From NCBI RefSeq assembly GCF_036365525.1, contig NC_090399.1, positions 58,188,430 through 58,252,429 of the forward strand: DNA of 64,000 nucleotides, given 5' to 3'. A program made the translations under genes and the position numbers. Below are positions 24,695 to 37,469 of this stretch, in pieces (position 1 is the first letter of the stretch; each line of letters begins with the position of its first letter). A model generated the notes under the pieces. That model did no database searches. It was not told where the DNA came from and saw only the letters and a program-made list of their open reading frames with translations. This DNA is from Heterodontus francisci (taxonomy: Eukaryota).

Positions 24695-25204
24695 ATCAGC
24701 TTTGAAATTGTTCTGTCTCTTCTTCAGATATAACATCATCTTTCTCTGATGACCAATTAACCAGGATGGGAGTAACACCTCTCTATTAGGATTGTGATTA
24801 AAGTTACTTCAGATCTACTTTGCTTCATATCTAAACCAATATATTTAAAAGTCCCACTGGTCTGACTCCCAATTTTAAATTCTAATCTAATCTGAGAAAG
24901 AACACATTTCTCAAATTCTCCAATACCACCCCATAAGAAATCACTAACACGTATCATGAAGATTCCTGAAAGTGTTCCTTTAGGATACAAATAAAACATT
25001 GCGGATCTACTTTTAGTTGAACAGAAGCTATTTTCAGCAAAACAGATCTCACTGAAAGATACCACACCCTGGAAGCATCATTCAGGCCATTGATGCATTT
25101 GTTTAGTTTCCATAGTTTTCCTTCTGTATCTGCTGCCTCTAGTCAGTTTCAGAAACATTTCACGCTGAAAAGTTGGCAGCCACTAACACTTGATGGTCAT
25201 GAGG

Positions 25205-27950
25205 GTTTCTTTTTTTTTATTCATTCATGGGATGTGGGCGACGCTGGCCAGGCCAGCATTTATTGCCCATCCCTAATTGCCCTTGAGAAGGTGGTGATGA
25301 GCTGCCTTCTTCAACCGCTGCAGTCCATGTGGGGTAGGTACACCCACTGAAAGGAAGCGAGTTCCAGGATTTTGGCCCAGCGATAGTGAAGGAACGGCGA
25401 TATAGTTCCAAGTCAGGATGGTGTGTGACTTGGACGCGAACTTGCAGGTGGTGATGTTCCTATGTATGTGCTGCCCTTGTCCTTCTAGGTGGTAGAGGTC
25501 GCGGGTTTGGAAGGTGCTGTCCAAGGAGCCTTGGTGCATTGCTGCAGTGCATCTTCTAGAATGTACACACTGCTGCCACTGTGCGTCGGTGGTGGAGGGA
25601 GTGAATGTTTGTAGATGGGGTGCCAATCAAGCGGGCTGCTTTGTCCTGGATGGTGTCGAGCTTCTTCAGTGTTGTTGGAGCTGCACCCATCCAGACAAGT
25701 GGAGAGTATTCCATCATACTCCTGACTTGTGCCTTGTAGATGGTGGACAGGCTTTGGGGAGTCAGGAGGAGAGTTACTCGCGAATGTTACTTGCCACTTA
25801 TCAGCCCAAGCCTGGATATTGTCCAGGTCTTGCTGCATTTCTACACAGACTGCTTCAGTATCTGAGGAGTCACAAATGGTGCTGAACATTGTGTAATCAT
25901 CAGCGAACATCCCCACTTCTGACCTTATGATTGAAGGAAGATCATTGATGAAGCAGCTAAAGATGGTTGGGCCTAGGAGACTACCCTGAGGAACTCCAGC
26001 AGTGATGTCCTGGAGCTCAGATGATTGACCTCCAACAACCACAACCATCTTCCTTTGCCCTAGGTATGACTCCAACCAGCGGAGGGTTTTCCCCCTGATT
26101 CCCATTGACCTCAGTTTTGCTCGGGCTCCTTGATGCCATACTCGGTCAAATGCTGCCTTGATGTCAAGGGCAGTCACTCTCACCTCACCTTTTGAGTTCA
26201 GCTCTTTTGTCCATGTTTGAACCAAGGCTCTAATGAGGTCAGGAGCTGAGTAGCCCTGGCGCAACCCAAATTGAGCGTCACTGGACAGGTTATTGCTTAG
26301 CAAGTGCCGCTTGATGGCACTGTTGATGACCCCTTCCATCACATTACTGATGATAGAGAGTAGGCTGATGGGGCAGTAATTGGCCGGGTTGGATTTGTCC
26401 TGTTTTTTGTGTACAGGACATACCTGGGCAATTTTCCACATTGCAGGGTAGATGCCAGTGTTGTAGCTGTACTGGAACAGCTTGGCTAGGGCGCGCGGCA
26501 AGTTCTGGAGCACAGATCTTCAGTACTATTGCCGGAATTTTATCAGGGCCGTAGCTTTTGCAGTATCCAGTGTCTTCAGTCTTTTCTTGATATCACGCGG
26601 AGTGAATCGAATTGGCTGAAATCAGGCATCTGTGATGCTGGGGACTTCAGGAAGAGGCCGAGATGGATCATCGGCACTTCTGGCTGAAGATTGTTGCAAA
26701 TGCTTCAGCCTTATCTTTCGCACTGATGTGCTGGGCTCCCCCAACATTGAGGATGGGGATATTTAAGAGCCACCTCCTCCAGTTAGTTGTTTAATTGTCC
26801 ACCACCATTCACAGCTGGATGTAGCAGGACTGCAGAGCTTAGATCTGATACGTTGGTTATGGGATCACTTAGCTCTGTCTATCGCATGCTGCTTACACAG
26901 TTTGGCACGCAGAGAGTCCTGTGTTGTAGCTTCACCAGGTTGACACCTCATTTTGAGGTATGCCTGGTGCTGCTCCTGGCATGCCCTCCTGCACTCTTCA
27001 TTGAACCAGGGTTGGTCTTCTGGCTTGATGGTCATGGTAGAGTGGGGGATATGCCGGGCCATGAGGTTACAGATTGTGGTTGAGTACAATTCTGCTGCTG
27101 CTGATGGCCCACAGCGCCTCATGGATGCCCAGTTTTGCATTGCTAGATCTGTTCAAAATCTATCCCATTTAGCACGGTGATAGTGCCACACAACACGATG
27201 GACAGTATCCTCAATGTGAAGGCGGGACCTCACCTCCACAAGGACTGTGAGGTGGTCACTCCTACCAATACAGTCATGGACAGAAGCATTTGCAGCAGGC
27301 AGATTGGTGAGGACGAGGTCAAGTAGGTTTTTCCCTTGTGTTGGTTCCCCCACCACCTGCCACAGACCCAGTCTAGCAGCTATGTCCTTTAGGACTCGGC
27401 CAGCTCGGTCAGTAGTGGTGCTACCGAGCCACGCTTGGTGATGAACATTGAAGTCCCCCACCCAGAGTACATTCTGTGCCCTTGCCACCCTCAGTGATTC
27501 CTCCAAGTGGTGTTCAACATGGTGTAGTACTGAGTCATCAGCTGAGGGAGGGCGGTAGGTGGTAATCAGTAGGAGGTTACCTTGCCCATGTTTGACCTGA
27601 TGCCATGAGACTTCATGGGGTCCGGATTCAATGTTGAGGACTCCCAGGGCAACTCCCTCCCAACTGTATACCACTGTGCCACCACCTCTGATGGGTCTGT
27701 CCTGAAGTGGGACAGGACATACCCAGGGATAGTGATTGCAGTGTCTGGGACATTGTCTGTAAGGTATGATTCCGTGAGTATGACTATGCCAGGCAGTTGC
27801 TTGACTAGTTTGTGGGACAGCTCTCCCAACTTTGGCACATGCCCCCAGATGTTAGTAAGGAGGACTTTGCAGGGTCGACAGGGTTGGGTTTGCTGTTGTC
27901 ATTTCTGGTGCCTAGGTCGATGCCGGGTGGTCCGTCTGGTTTCATTCCTT
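25205..27950 (-). mobile_element. Family-B CR1/L2-group LINE nested in the copia element
   Basis: ORFs 27153-27674 (endonuclease) and 25485-26513 (RT: LDIKAAFD, GVPQGSLLGP, FADD); same 3' tail as 18285-22060. Confidence 0.9.
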
Positions 27951-28319
27951 TTTCTGCTTCTGGTTCTGCTCAAGACTGTTCTGTAGCCCTCATTTCATTG
28001 TGTAATCTATTCAAGATATAGCTTGTACTTGCACGTTGATGTTTTTTGGGACTATTGCTGTGAGATCTCTATCTCACACTATAGCATGCTCCTTCTCTGG
28101 TATATGACTGTTTTCTGACTAGAGTCACCTTTGAACCCATTTAGAACTTGCACTGCGCTTTCTTACTCTCCATTCATTCACCCAATTCTGCCAGTCCATG
28201 GACCTCACTTCTTGACCACCATCCTGAACATTCAACCAATATTTAAACTTGGCCGTAGCTTTTCCTGCATGCCCCCCAATTGTCACATCCCTTCATTTTC
28301 CAGACCCCTCTGGAATATA

Positions 28320-28414
28320 AACATGAGAAACACTGGAAATACTCAGCAGGTCTGGCAGCATCTGTGGAGAGAGAAGTAGAGTTAACGTTTCAGGTCAGTG
28401 ACCTTTCTTCAGAA
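28320..28414 (-). mobile_element. 95-bp hammerhead-ribozyme-motif element with 13-bp TSD
   Basis: TSD cctctggaatata at 28307-28319 and 28415-28427; the - strand reads tt-CTGAAGA-a-aggtc-act-gacct-GAAAC-GTT-aac. Confidence 0.8.
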
Positions 28415-29144
28415 CCTCTGGAATATACATCACTCATGGACCCACTGTGGACAATTGGTCTTTGGATGTAATAGCTCTGTCCTGTGTTTCATGATCACTC
28501 ATGTTACCAGTATCCGCCCTTGATCACTGTATTTTGTTCCTCAGGACCTTCTCACAAAACACATGAGCATTTGAGGTACAAGGTGCCTTGTTTCCTTCTA
28601 TCAGCTGCTCAGATTCTGAGATTTTGTAATCAACTCTGACTAATCATGAAGAATGAAGCTTAACAGTTTGATTGAAATGTTTGATAAGTAGTGTCTTCCC
28701 ATCATGATCTATTACATTACCAGGGCATTTCCATTTCCTATGACCCTCTCTTTCATAATACACCAAACCTCCTGAATTAAATTCTGTTTAAAATGGCCTT
28801 ACTTGATGCCTCACAGCTCTTCAAATTTTCTCAGAGAACTCAGTCTTGATGAAAGCCCGTCTCCCTGCATGTAAAGAAGTCAAGTGTGCAGCAAAAATGG
28901 AACTAACTGTAGTACCTTCTCGTGCTGGAGGACTATCGCACAGCACAGAAAGCAATTTTAGATTTCGCCCATAGACCAATTGAGAGGGACTATATCCCCC
29001 AACCATCTGACACGGATTCTTTGCATGAACTGCCCATGCCAGAGCAGTTGCCAACTTGCAGTTTGCTTGATCATCTGGATTTTAAGCAGCATTTCATTGA
29101 TTGCCGTGTGATTCCTTTCACAGAGTCCATTGCTGAAAGGATAT

Positions 29145-29455
29145 ACGAACATACAAATTAGGAGCAGGAGTAGGCCACCTGGCTCCTTGAGCCTATTCCG
29201 CCATTCAATAAGATCATGGCTGATCTGATTGTAAGCTCAACTCCACATTCCCACCTTCCCCCAATAACCTTTCCCCCCTTGCTTATCAAGAATCTATCTA
29301 CCTCTGCCTTAAAAATATTAAAAGACTCTGCTTCCATCGCTTTTTGAGGAGGAGAATTCCAAAGACTCACAACCCTCTGAGAGAAAAAAAAATTCTCATC
29401 TTTGTCTTAAATGGGTGACCCCTTATTTTAAAACAGTGACCCCTAGTTCTAGACT
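29145..29455 (-). mobile_element. CR1 3' tail fragment nested in the copia integrase
   Basis: SLWNSPPQKAMEAESFNIFKAEVDRFL plus a CR1 tail. Confidence 0.85.
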
Positions 29456-30267
29456 AGGACTTTCAGCAGTCGAATTCATGACCATAATGTTTATCTTTTC
29501 ACACATGTGTCTGAACTCATCATTGGCAAATTCCCCTCCATTATCAGTCAGTGCCCCAAGTCCAGTCCCTATCCATTTCTCCATGATTGTATCTATAATC
29601 ACCCTTTTGTCCTTGCTATGAATTATTATTAAAAGACGGAATCAAATTGTCTGGTCAATAAAATGTAGAATAAAAATATTTCTGTCTTTGTCCCACACCT
29701 TTAGATCCAGGACAACTCCCTTGTTAAAGTCACTTGTCAATGGAAGGCTGGCAATAGGCCGCGGCAGTGTCCTTCGATACTTTTTACAGATTTCACAATT
29801 CTCACTAATCTCTTCTATTAACCTCATAGAACCTTCATCAACCACACCAGCATCTTTTAACAGGATTTTTAACCATTGACAAGTGGAGTGTGTAAATTGT
29901 CTATGCAACTTTAAGACAATTTGTTTGTTTTCCTCTCTGATTCTTATCACCTGATGCCATTAATTCTTGTCTTACACTCTGATGTGAAACATTAGGTTGT
30001 GTTAGGGGGATACAATAATGTCCTGATTGGATAAACTCCAGATCCACTGCCTTGTTATGTTCCGTGTCAAGTTTCATTTGTGCTTTATTCAGCAGCAGAG
30101 GTATGTCACTGGAGATTGTATCAGGACTGATAAAGTGGCTTACTCCAGCCGGAAACTCCATCGATCAAACATGATGGACACGGAGCAAACAATCTATTTA
30201 GGTGGAGTGTCTTCTTTTGGTGCACCTTTGCTGATGGCTGTGAAGGCCAATCCTTGAGAGGCAGAGC

Positions 30268-30420
30268 CTACATGTGACGCACAGGAATGTGATTGACTCT
30301 TAAAATGCCCTCTGAAATGGCCTCGAAAGCCATTCAGTTCAAGGGCAATTAGGGACTGGCAACAAATGCTGGCCTTGCCAGTGATGCCCACATCCCATGA
30401 ATGAATAAAAAAAAAAAATG
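30268..30420 (+). mobile_element. SINE 3' half sharing both body and tail with the family-B LINE
   Basis: tgactcttaaaatgccctctgaaatggcc (cf. 18542-18570) joined directly to the aagggcaattaggg..gaatgaat(A)n tail. A - strand 5'-part fragment lies at ~30570-30745. Confidence 0.75.
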
Positions 30421-31516
30421 CCCTTTCGAGGACCCTGCCTCTTTGCTGTGGGCAGTTCATCACATAACAACACTTTGAGTCACACCTGAAACACTTATTA
30501 ACTGTTCCTTGGCATTCCTGGGATTCACCTATTATTGCTATTCCAATTCTGTCTTCTGCTGTAGTAGCCAAATCTCATGTGGGTCACATGTAGGCCAGAC
30601 CAGGTAAGGATGACAGATTTCATTCTGTAGAGGACATATGTGAACCAGATGGGTTTTTTGCAATAATCAATGATAGTTTCATAGCACCATTACTGAGACT
30701 AGCTCTCAATTCCAGATTTTTTATTCATTAATTGAATGTAAATAGCTTTCATACTCATTCCACCTGTCTGTCATTCTTCCTTTGTCTGCCTGCATCCAAT
30801 ATCTGGACCATTTCAAATCTGGCAATCATTGAGTTTTCTATTCTTTGTGTCACTGCAAAATATTCCATCTGTTCGACAAAGACTGCAGCAAATGACTGTT
30901 TCCTCTGGATTTTTTTCAAGGCAGCAGACATCTAATCCAACAGGATTCTCTCTGAGAACCAAAAACCATTTCGAACCAGGAGCCTATCCATATGCAACCT
31001 TAGTATAATCCAGCAATTTAAATGCTAGCACTGAACCAGGGATCTCTAAATTGAATTTCCTCAATCTTTATGCAGTCTGTTAGAATCCATGGTATATTCT
31101 TCCATTGACTAACTATCTGTCTTCTGAAATCTATCAAATTCTGACCATGCCTCATAGGCATTTAATAGATGATATTTCTTGTAGATTTCATCCAAGAACT
31201 CTCATGGAAGATCCAAACCTTCATCAGTATTCAACTGATGAGCACTTCGCTCACAAAATACTTTTCTTCTGATTTTACTTCTTGTAAGAATTGACAATGT
31301 CAAGGCCATACCTTGTTTCCTGTTTGGTAGGGGCATAACCCATGTCCACCAATCCACTTCGTGCTTCCACTGGTTACATGGCTCACTCTGAGAACATTGG
31401 AGGGTAATCAAACCCAGATAATTTACACTCACTTTCTGTCATTTCTCACAATGGCTATTAGGATTGTAGTCTTCTGTCTCATTTTTTTTCTTGCTTTTCT
31501 ACCTTCACCTTTAGGC

Positions 31517-31534
31517 AACTATCCTCTGCTACCA
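31517..31534 (-). promoter_or_regulatory. Primer-binding site (tRNA-iMet)
   Basis: The - strand reads tggtagcagaggatagtt, 17/18 identical to the complement of the initiator tRNA-Met 3' end, immediately inside the 5' LTR. Confidence 0.85.
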
Positions 31535-31745
31535 TATTATATTCCAGGAAGCCAGTTGGTGAAGGAAAGCACTGGAGCCAATCTTTAGTCAATCTCACAT
31601 TTATTTACAGAGTCAAACATTACATGGACACAGCTCCTAACTCAACCACAGTTTCAGTAAGTGTCTCTTTACATGTGCTCAAGTGAAATCCTAATTAATG
31701 CCCTCCACCTGCATATAATTAAACACAATTCATATGCAATTAACA
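31535..31745 (-). repeat. 5' LTR of the copia element
   Basis: Starts tgttaattgcata on the - strand; aligns with 22139-22342. Confidence 0.85.
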
Positions 31746-31789
31746 CATAGACAGTAATGAGATAACTAGATAAAACAAAGTTAAAGGAT

Positions 31790-33203
31790 GTAAAGATAAG
31801 CCCAGCAACTACAGGCCAATCAGTTTAACATTGGTGGTGGGGAAACTTATAGAAACAATAATTCAGGACAAAATTAATAGTCACATGGACAGATGCGGGT
31901 TAATTAAGAAAAGCCAGCATGGATCTGTCTCGGGAAAATCATGTTTAACTAACTTGCTGGAGTTTTGGAAGGGGCAACTGAGATGGTTGATGAGTGCAAT
32001 GCTGTTGATGTGGTGTACATGGACATCCAAAAGACATTTGATACAGTGACACACAACCGACTTGTGAGCTCAGTCATAGCTCATGGAATAAAAGGGACAG
32101 TAGCAACATGGATACGAAATTGGCTGAGTGACAGGAAACAGAGAGTAGTGACTAATGGATGTTTTACGGGCTGGAGGAAGGTTTGTAGTGGAGTTCCCCA
32201 GGGGTCAGTGTTAGGGCCTTTGCTCTTCCTAATCTATATTAATGACTTTGACCTTGGTGTACAGGGCACAATTTCAAAATTTGCGGATGATACGAAACTT
32301 GGAAACATTGTGAACTATGAGGGGGATAGTGTAGAACTTCAAAAGCACATAGACAAGCTGGTGGAATGGGTGGACAAGTGGCAGAAGAAGTTCAATGCAG
32401 AGAAATATGAAATGATTCATTTTGGTAGGAAGAACATGGAGACAATATAAAATAAAGGGTACAATTCTAAAGGGTGGTGCAGGAACAGAGGGACCTGTGA
32501 GTATATGTGCATAAGTCATTGAAGATGGCAGGATAGGTTGAGAGTGCGGTCAATAATGTATGCAGTATCCTAGGTTTTATTAATAGGTGCATAGAGTACA
32601 AGAGCAAGGAGGTTATGTTGAACTTCTATAAGACACTAGTTTGGCCTCAGCTGGAGTATTGCATCCAGTTCTGGGTGCCACATTTAAGGAAAGACTTGAA
32701 GGGATTGGAAAGAATCCAGAAAAGATTCACAAGAATGGTTCCAAGGATAAGAAACTTCATTTACGAGGATAGACTGGAGAAATTTGGACTGTTTTCTTTG
32801 GAGAAGAGAAAGCTGAGAGGAGTTTTGATAGAGGTATTCAAAATCATGAGGGATCTGGACAGAATAGAGAAGGAGAAATTCATGAAAGGATCGAGAACGG
32901 GAGGGCACAGATTTAAGATAATTGACATAGGAAGCAATGGTGACATGAGGAAAAACCTTTTCACACAGCGAGTGGTTGGGATCTGGAATGCACTGCCTGA
33001 TAGCGTGGTGGAGGCAGGTTCAAACAAGCCATTCAATAGGGAATTAGTCAGTTACCTGAAAATGAAGAATGCACAGGGTTATGGAGAGAAGGCGGGGGTG
33101 GGGGTGGGAACTGCACTAAGCCAATTACTCACTCCGAGAGCTGGTGCAGACATGATGGGCCGAATGGCCTCCTTCTGTGCTGTAACGATTCTGTGATTCT
33201 GTG
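31790..33203 (+). mobile_element. CR1 LINE, RT to 3' end
   Basis: GVPQGSVLGPLLFLIYIND, KFADDTKL, LEYCIQFW and a CR1 tail. Confidence 0.9.
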
Positions 33204-33619
33204 CGGATCTGCTAACATTCTAATGATGCCAACTGAACTGCTTTTAATGTCATTAAATATTGTTTCTTAATGGTCTACACACGCAATCAGTTCATATCCA
33301 ATACAAACAGCTGTTGGCTAAATCAGTATTAACAGCAGTCACACCATTTCAGACGTTTAACAGACTCAAAGCAGGTTACTTTTTTTTTTAAAACATCCTT
33401 TAAACAGACGAGTTCCTTTCCCTCTAATTCCATTACCTAGTACTCACTGGAAAGTGACATTCTTGGGATTATTTTACAGAACAGTTCAAACCCAGCCTAG
33501 TTTCAGTGTTATTTAACAATGCAAGGGATTTATATATATGGTGGAAGATTTTAGTTCGGCCAACTGACAGAATTTCCATGATTATAAGAATTAAACCAAC
33601 AAGAGATTAATATCAAGAT

Positions 33620-33795
33620 AAAATGGTGGAAATGCTCAGCAGGCAGGTAGCATTATGTGTTCTGATGAAAGGTCACTGACCTGAAACGTTAACTCTGCTT
33701 CTCTCTCCACAGATGCTGCCAGACCTGCTGAGAATTTCCAGCAATTTTTGTTTTCATTTCAGATTTTCAGCATCTGCAGTATTTTGCTTTTATTT
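33620..33795 (+). mobile_element. Hammerhead-motif element with a partial inverted arm
   Basis: gtt-CTGATGA-a-aggtc-act-gacct-GAAAC-GTT-aac at 33659-33693, preceded by the inverted arm gaaatgctcagcaggcaggtagca. Confidence 0.75.
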
Positions 33796-34279
33796 TAGCA
33801 TTATAATGGCACTTGCTAACTGCATGAGTCAAAATTAAATGCACCCGAGAATCACAGCAGAAGCTGGCCTCCCACCTTCACTCCCATTGAAAGTAAATGT
33901 CAGGTTCTAACACAAACCACTGTTAATTCATAAAAAGCTGGCGGCTTGCCTTTTTATTGTTCATTCCCTTTCTCCCCCTTCTGTTTTTTCTCTCTCAGTC
34001 CCACGCCAGAGATTATGCAGCAAACCCTCTGGAAAGGCAATAGAGACATCCTGCGGTCCAGTGAGCCCCAGTCTGAGGACCACTACTTTATACAGTGAGA
34101 TTCGGGCTGTGTCTGCCTGTCCCACTCTGGGCTCATGTGGAATCATTTCCTTTTACTGATCCTGTTCATTCTCAATTTGTTCTACACAAAACAGCACAGA
34201 TTCCTTTCCTACCCTGTACAAGGTCACATGGAATAAACCCATCCCATTCCATGTCCCTGCACTTTACAATATATACACA

Positions 34280-36165
34280 TTTATCAACCTCCTCTATTTG
34301 TGTCTCACTCTGTATCACTGTATTCTGTCTCACCTTTATCAATCACCCTCTGTTTGTGCGTCTCACTCTGTATCACTGTATTCAGTCTTACCTTTATCAA
34401 TCACCCTCTGTTTGTGCGTCTCACTCTGTATCGCTGTATTCATTCTCACCTTTATCAATCTCCTCTGTTTGTGTCTCTCTGTATCACTGTATTCAGTCTC
34501 ACCTTTATCAATCTCCTCTGTTTGTGCGTCTCACTCTGTATCACTGTATTCATTCTCACCTTTATCAATCACTCTCTGTTTGTGTCTCTCTGTATCACTG
34601 TATTCATTCTCACCTTTATCAATCTCCTCTGTTTGTGTCTCACACTGTATCACTGTATTCAGTCTTACCTTTATCAATCACCCTCTGTTTGTGCGTCTCA
34701 CTCTGTATCACTGTATTCATTCTCACCTTTATCAATCTCCTCTGTTTGTGTCTCACACTGTATCACTGTATTCAGTCTTACCTTTATCAATCACCCTCTG
34801 TTTGTGCGTCTCACTCTGTATCACTGTATTCAGTCTCACCTTTATCAATCACTCTCTGTTTGTGTCTCACACTGTATCACTGTATTCACTCTCACCTTTA
34901 TCAATCACTCTCTGTTTGTGTCTCTCTGTATCACTGTATTCATTCTCACCTTTATCAATCACTCTCTGTTTGTGTCTCTCTGTATCACTGTATTCAGTCT
35001 CACCTTTATCAATCACCCTCTGTTTGTGTCACTCTGTATCACTGTATTCATTCTCACCTTTATCAATCTCCTCTGTTTGTGTCTCTCTGTATCACTGTAT
35101 TCAGTCTCACCTTTATCAATCACTCTCTGTTTGTGTCTCTCTGTATCACTGTATTCAGTCTCACCTTTATCAATCACCCTCTATTTGTGTCTCTCTGTAT
35201 CACTGCATTCACTCTCACCTTTATCAATCAGTCTCTGTTTGTGTCTCTCTGTATCACTGTATTCAGTCTCACCTTTATCAATCACTCTCTGTTTGTGTCT
35301 CTCTGTATCACTGTATTCAGTCTCACCTTTATCAATCACTCTCTGTTTGTGACTCTCTGTATCACTGTATTCAGTCTCACCTTTATCAATCACCCTCTGT
35401 TTGTGTCTCTCTGTATCACTGCATTCACTCTCACCTTTATCAATCACCCTCTGTTTGTGTCTCTCTGTATCACTGTGTTCAAGTCGCAGCTTTATCAATC
35501 ACCCTCTGTTTGTGTCTCTCTGTATCACTGTGTTCAAGTCTCACCTTTATCAATCACTCTCTGTTTGTGTCTCTCTGTATCACTGTATTCAAGTCTCACC
35601 TTTATCAATCACTCTCTGTTTGTGTCTCTGTATCACTGTATTCACTCTCACCTTTATCAATCACTCTCTATTTGTGTCTCTCTGTATCACTGTATTCAGT
35701 CTCACCTTTATCAATCACTCTCTGTTTGTGTCTCTCTGTATCACTGTATTCAGTCTCACCTTTATCAATCACTCTCTGTTTGTGTCTCTCTGTATCACTG
35801 TATTCAGTCTCACCTTTATCAATCACTCTCTGTTTGTGTCTCTCTATCACTGTATTCACTCTCACCTTTATCAATCACTCTCTGTTTGTGTCTCTCTATC
35901 ACTGTATTCAAGTCTCACCTTTATCAATCACTCTCTGTTTGTGTCTCTCTGTATCACTGTATTCAAGTCTCACCTTTATCAATCACTCTCTGTTTGTGTC
36001 TCTCTGTATCACTGTATTCAAGTCTCACCTTTATCAATCACCCTCGGTTTGTGTCTCTCTGTATCACTGTATTCAGTCTCACCTTTATCAATCACTCTCT
36101 GTTTGTGTCTCTCTGTATCACTGTATTCAGTCTCACCTTTGTCAATCACCCTTGGTTTGTGTCTT
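34280..36165 (+). repeat. 54-bp tandem satellite, ~34 copies
   Basis: Unit ctctgtatcactgtattcagtctcacctttatcaatcactctctgtttgtgtct; period 54 measured at 35311/35365, with slight length variants. Confidence 0.98.
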
Positions 36166-36169
36166 TCGG

Positions 36170-37128
36170 GTTCTTTTACCACAAAAATATGCTGTTCACA
36201 AAATTTGTAAGTACAACACATATAGGTCAAAGTTGACATTGCATAAAATGCAATACAGACCAATTTCTTTCAATACAGTATATGAGGTGATTCACAACAC
36301 TTGCCATTACAGGTACATTTGCATTTGATATCATTCTCTGGTGCATATAGCCCAAGGGGTTTTCCACGGGTTCCAGCCTCTCGGCTTACCATAGTGAGAA
36401 GGCCTTAGATAGTGGCATTTTCCCATTGGGCCTTTGTGGCAGCTGCCCCAATACATCCCTCAATACATAGGCCCGGACCTCGGACTGTGCCAGTCTGCAA
36501 CACTCGGTTATTGACAGCTCTTTGCACTGGAAGACCAGTAGGTTTTGTGCAGACCAAAGAGCATCTTTCAGCAAGTTGATGGTCCTCCAGCAGCAGCTGA
36601 TGTTTATCTCAGTATGTGTCCTGGGGAACAGCCATAGAGCACTGAGTCCTGTATTACAGAGCTGCTCAGGATCAACTTTGTGGAAAACCACTGCATCTCT
36701 TTCCAGAGCTGCTTTGTAAAGGCACATTCCAGAAAGAGGTGGGTGATGGTCTCTTCCCCACCGCAGTCACCTCAAGGGCAGTGTGCGGAGGCAGGCAGGC
36801 AGGCTCTGGCCATGCAGAACTGACAGGGAGGGCCCTTCTCACCACCAGGATTGCTATATCTATGTGCTTGTTTGGAAGTTCTGGCAATGACACCATCTGG
36901 AAATGCATTTGACAGTCTGCACAGAGAACCAACCGACAGGGTCCACCATCTCCTTTTCCCGCAGGGCCTCAAGGATGTTATGTGTGGAATACTGCCTGAT
37001 GGACTAGTGATCAAAGGTGTTTTTCTGTACAAACGTTGCCACGAGAGACAGATAGTACGGCACGGTCCAACTGAATGGAGCTTGAAGCAACAACATGGCC
37101 AGACACATTCTCAGCAACGCCAGGGACA
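36170..37128 (-). mobile_element. Tx1-clade LINE 3' fragment
   Basis: CCWRTINLLKDALWSAQNLLVFQCKELS..ECCRLA, homologous to 23190-24694. Confidence 0.8.
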
Positions 37129-37469
37129 GATAGATCAGTGTGTCTCGGTATCACTGTTCTGAGGCTCACTTTATCAATCTCCTCTACTGCTGACTCTGTG
37201 TATCACTCATTGTACTCAGAAATTTTCTGTGTAAATTTTATCTGTAACAGGCGAACTAGAAACTCCTGAGCACTTGAGTATTGGCCATGGGAAATTTACA
37301 TTTTAAAATTAACTGATCTTAAGCAAAGTTGTCAGTAGCTTGTTCATTACAATTCAAGGCAAATTCTGGATAGTATCTGGCTATGCACACAGGCACCTTC
37401 GAGAGAATATTGTCCTTCTTGAAGTCCCATGGTCCCATTCACCCTCTCCTCTCACAGGTCTCATTCTCG

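Larger units (their letters stand above)
22139..31745 (-). mobile_element. Ty1/copia LTR retrotransposon, probably GalEa clade, decayed with nested insertions
   Basis: LTRs 31535-31745 and 22139-22342; tRNA-iMet PBS; PPT. Domain order gag (CFRCDSK..C knuckle), IN (LKLHRQFTH..CEIC; LDLKVW; PFSNGLCERNH), RT (GIFMIRVSDFLWGG, a degenerate HVDD; QSLIGHLNW..QTRPD), RNase H (CHVDNRS..SEKR), i.e. integrase before RT. Confidence 0.85.

Noticed and set aside
34095-36328. Long ORFs of 713, 676 and 350 aa
   Set aside because: They are read-throughs of the 54-bp satellite, open in all three frames, with no protein-like complexity.
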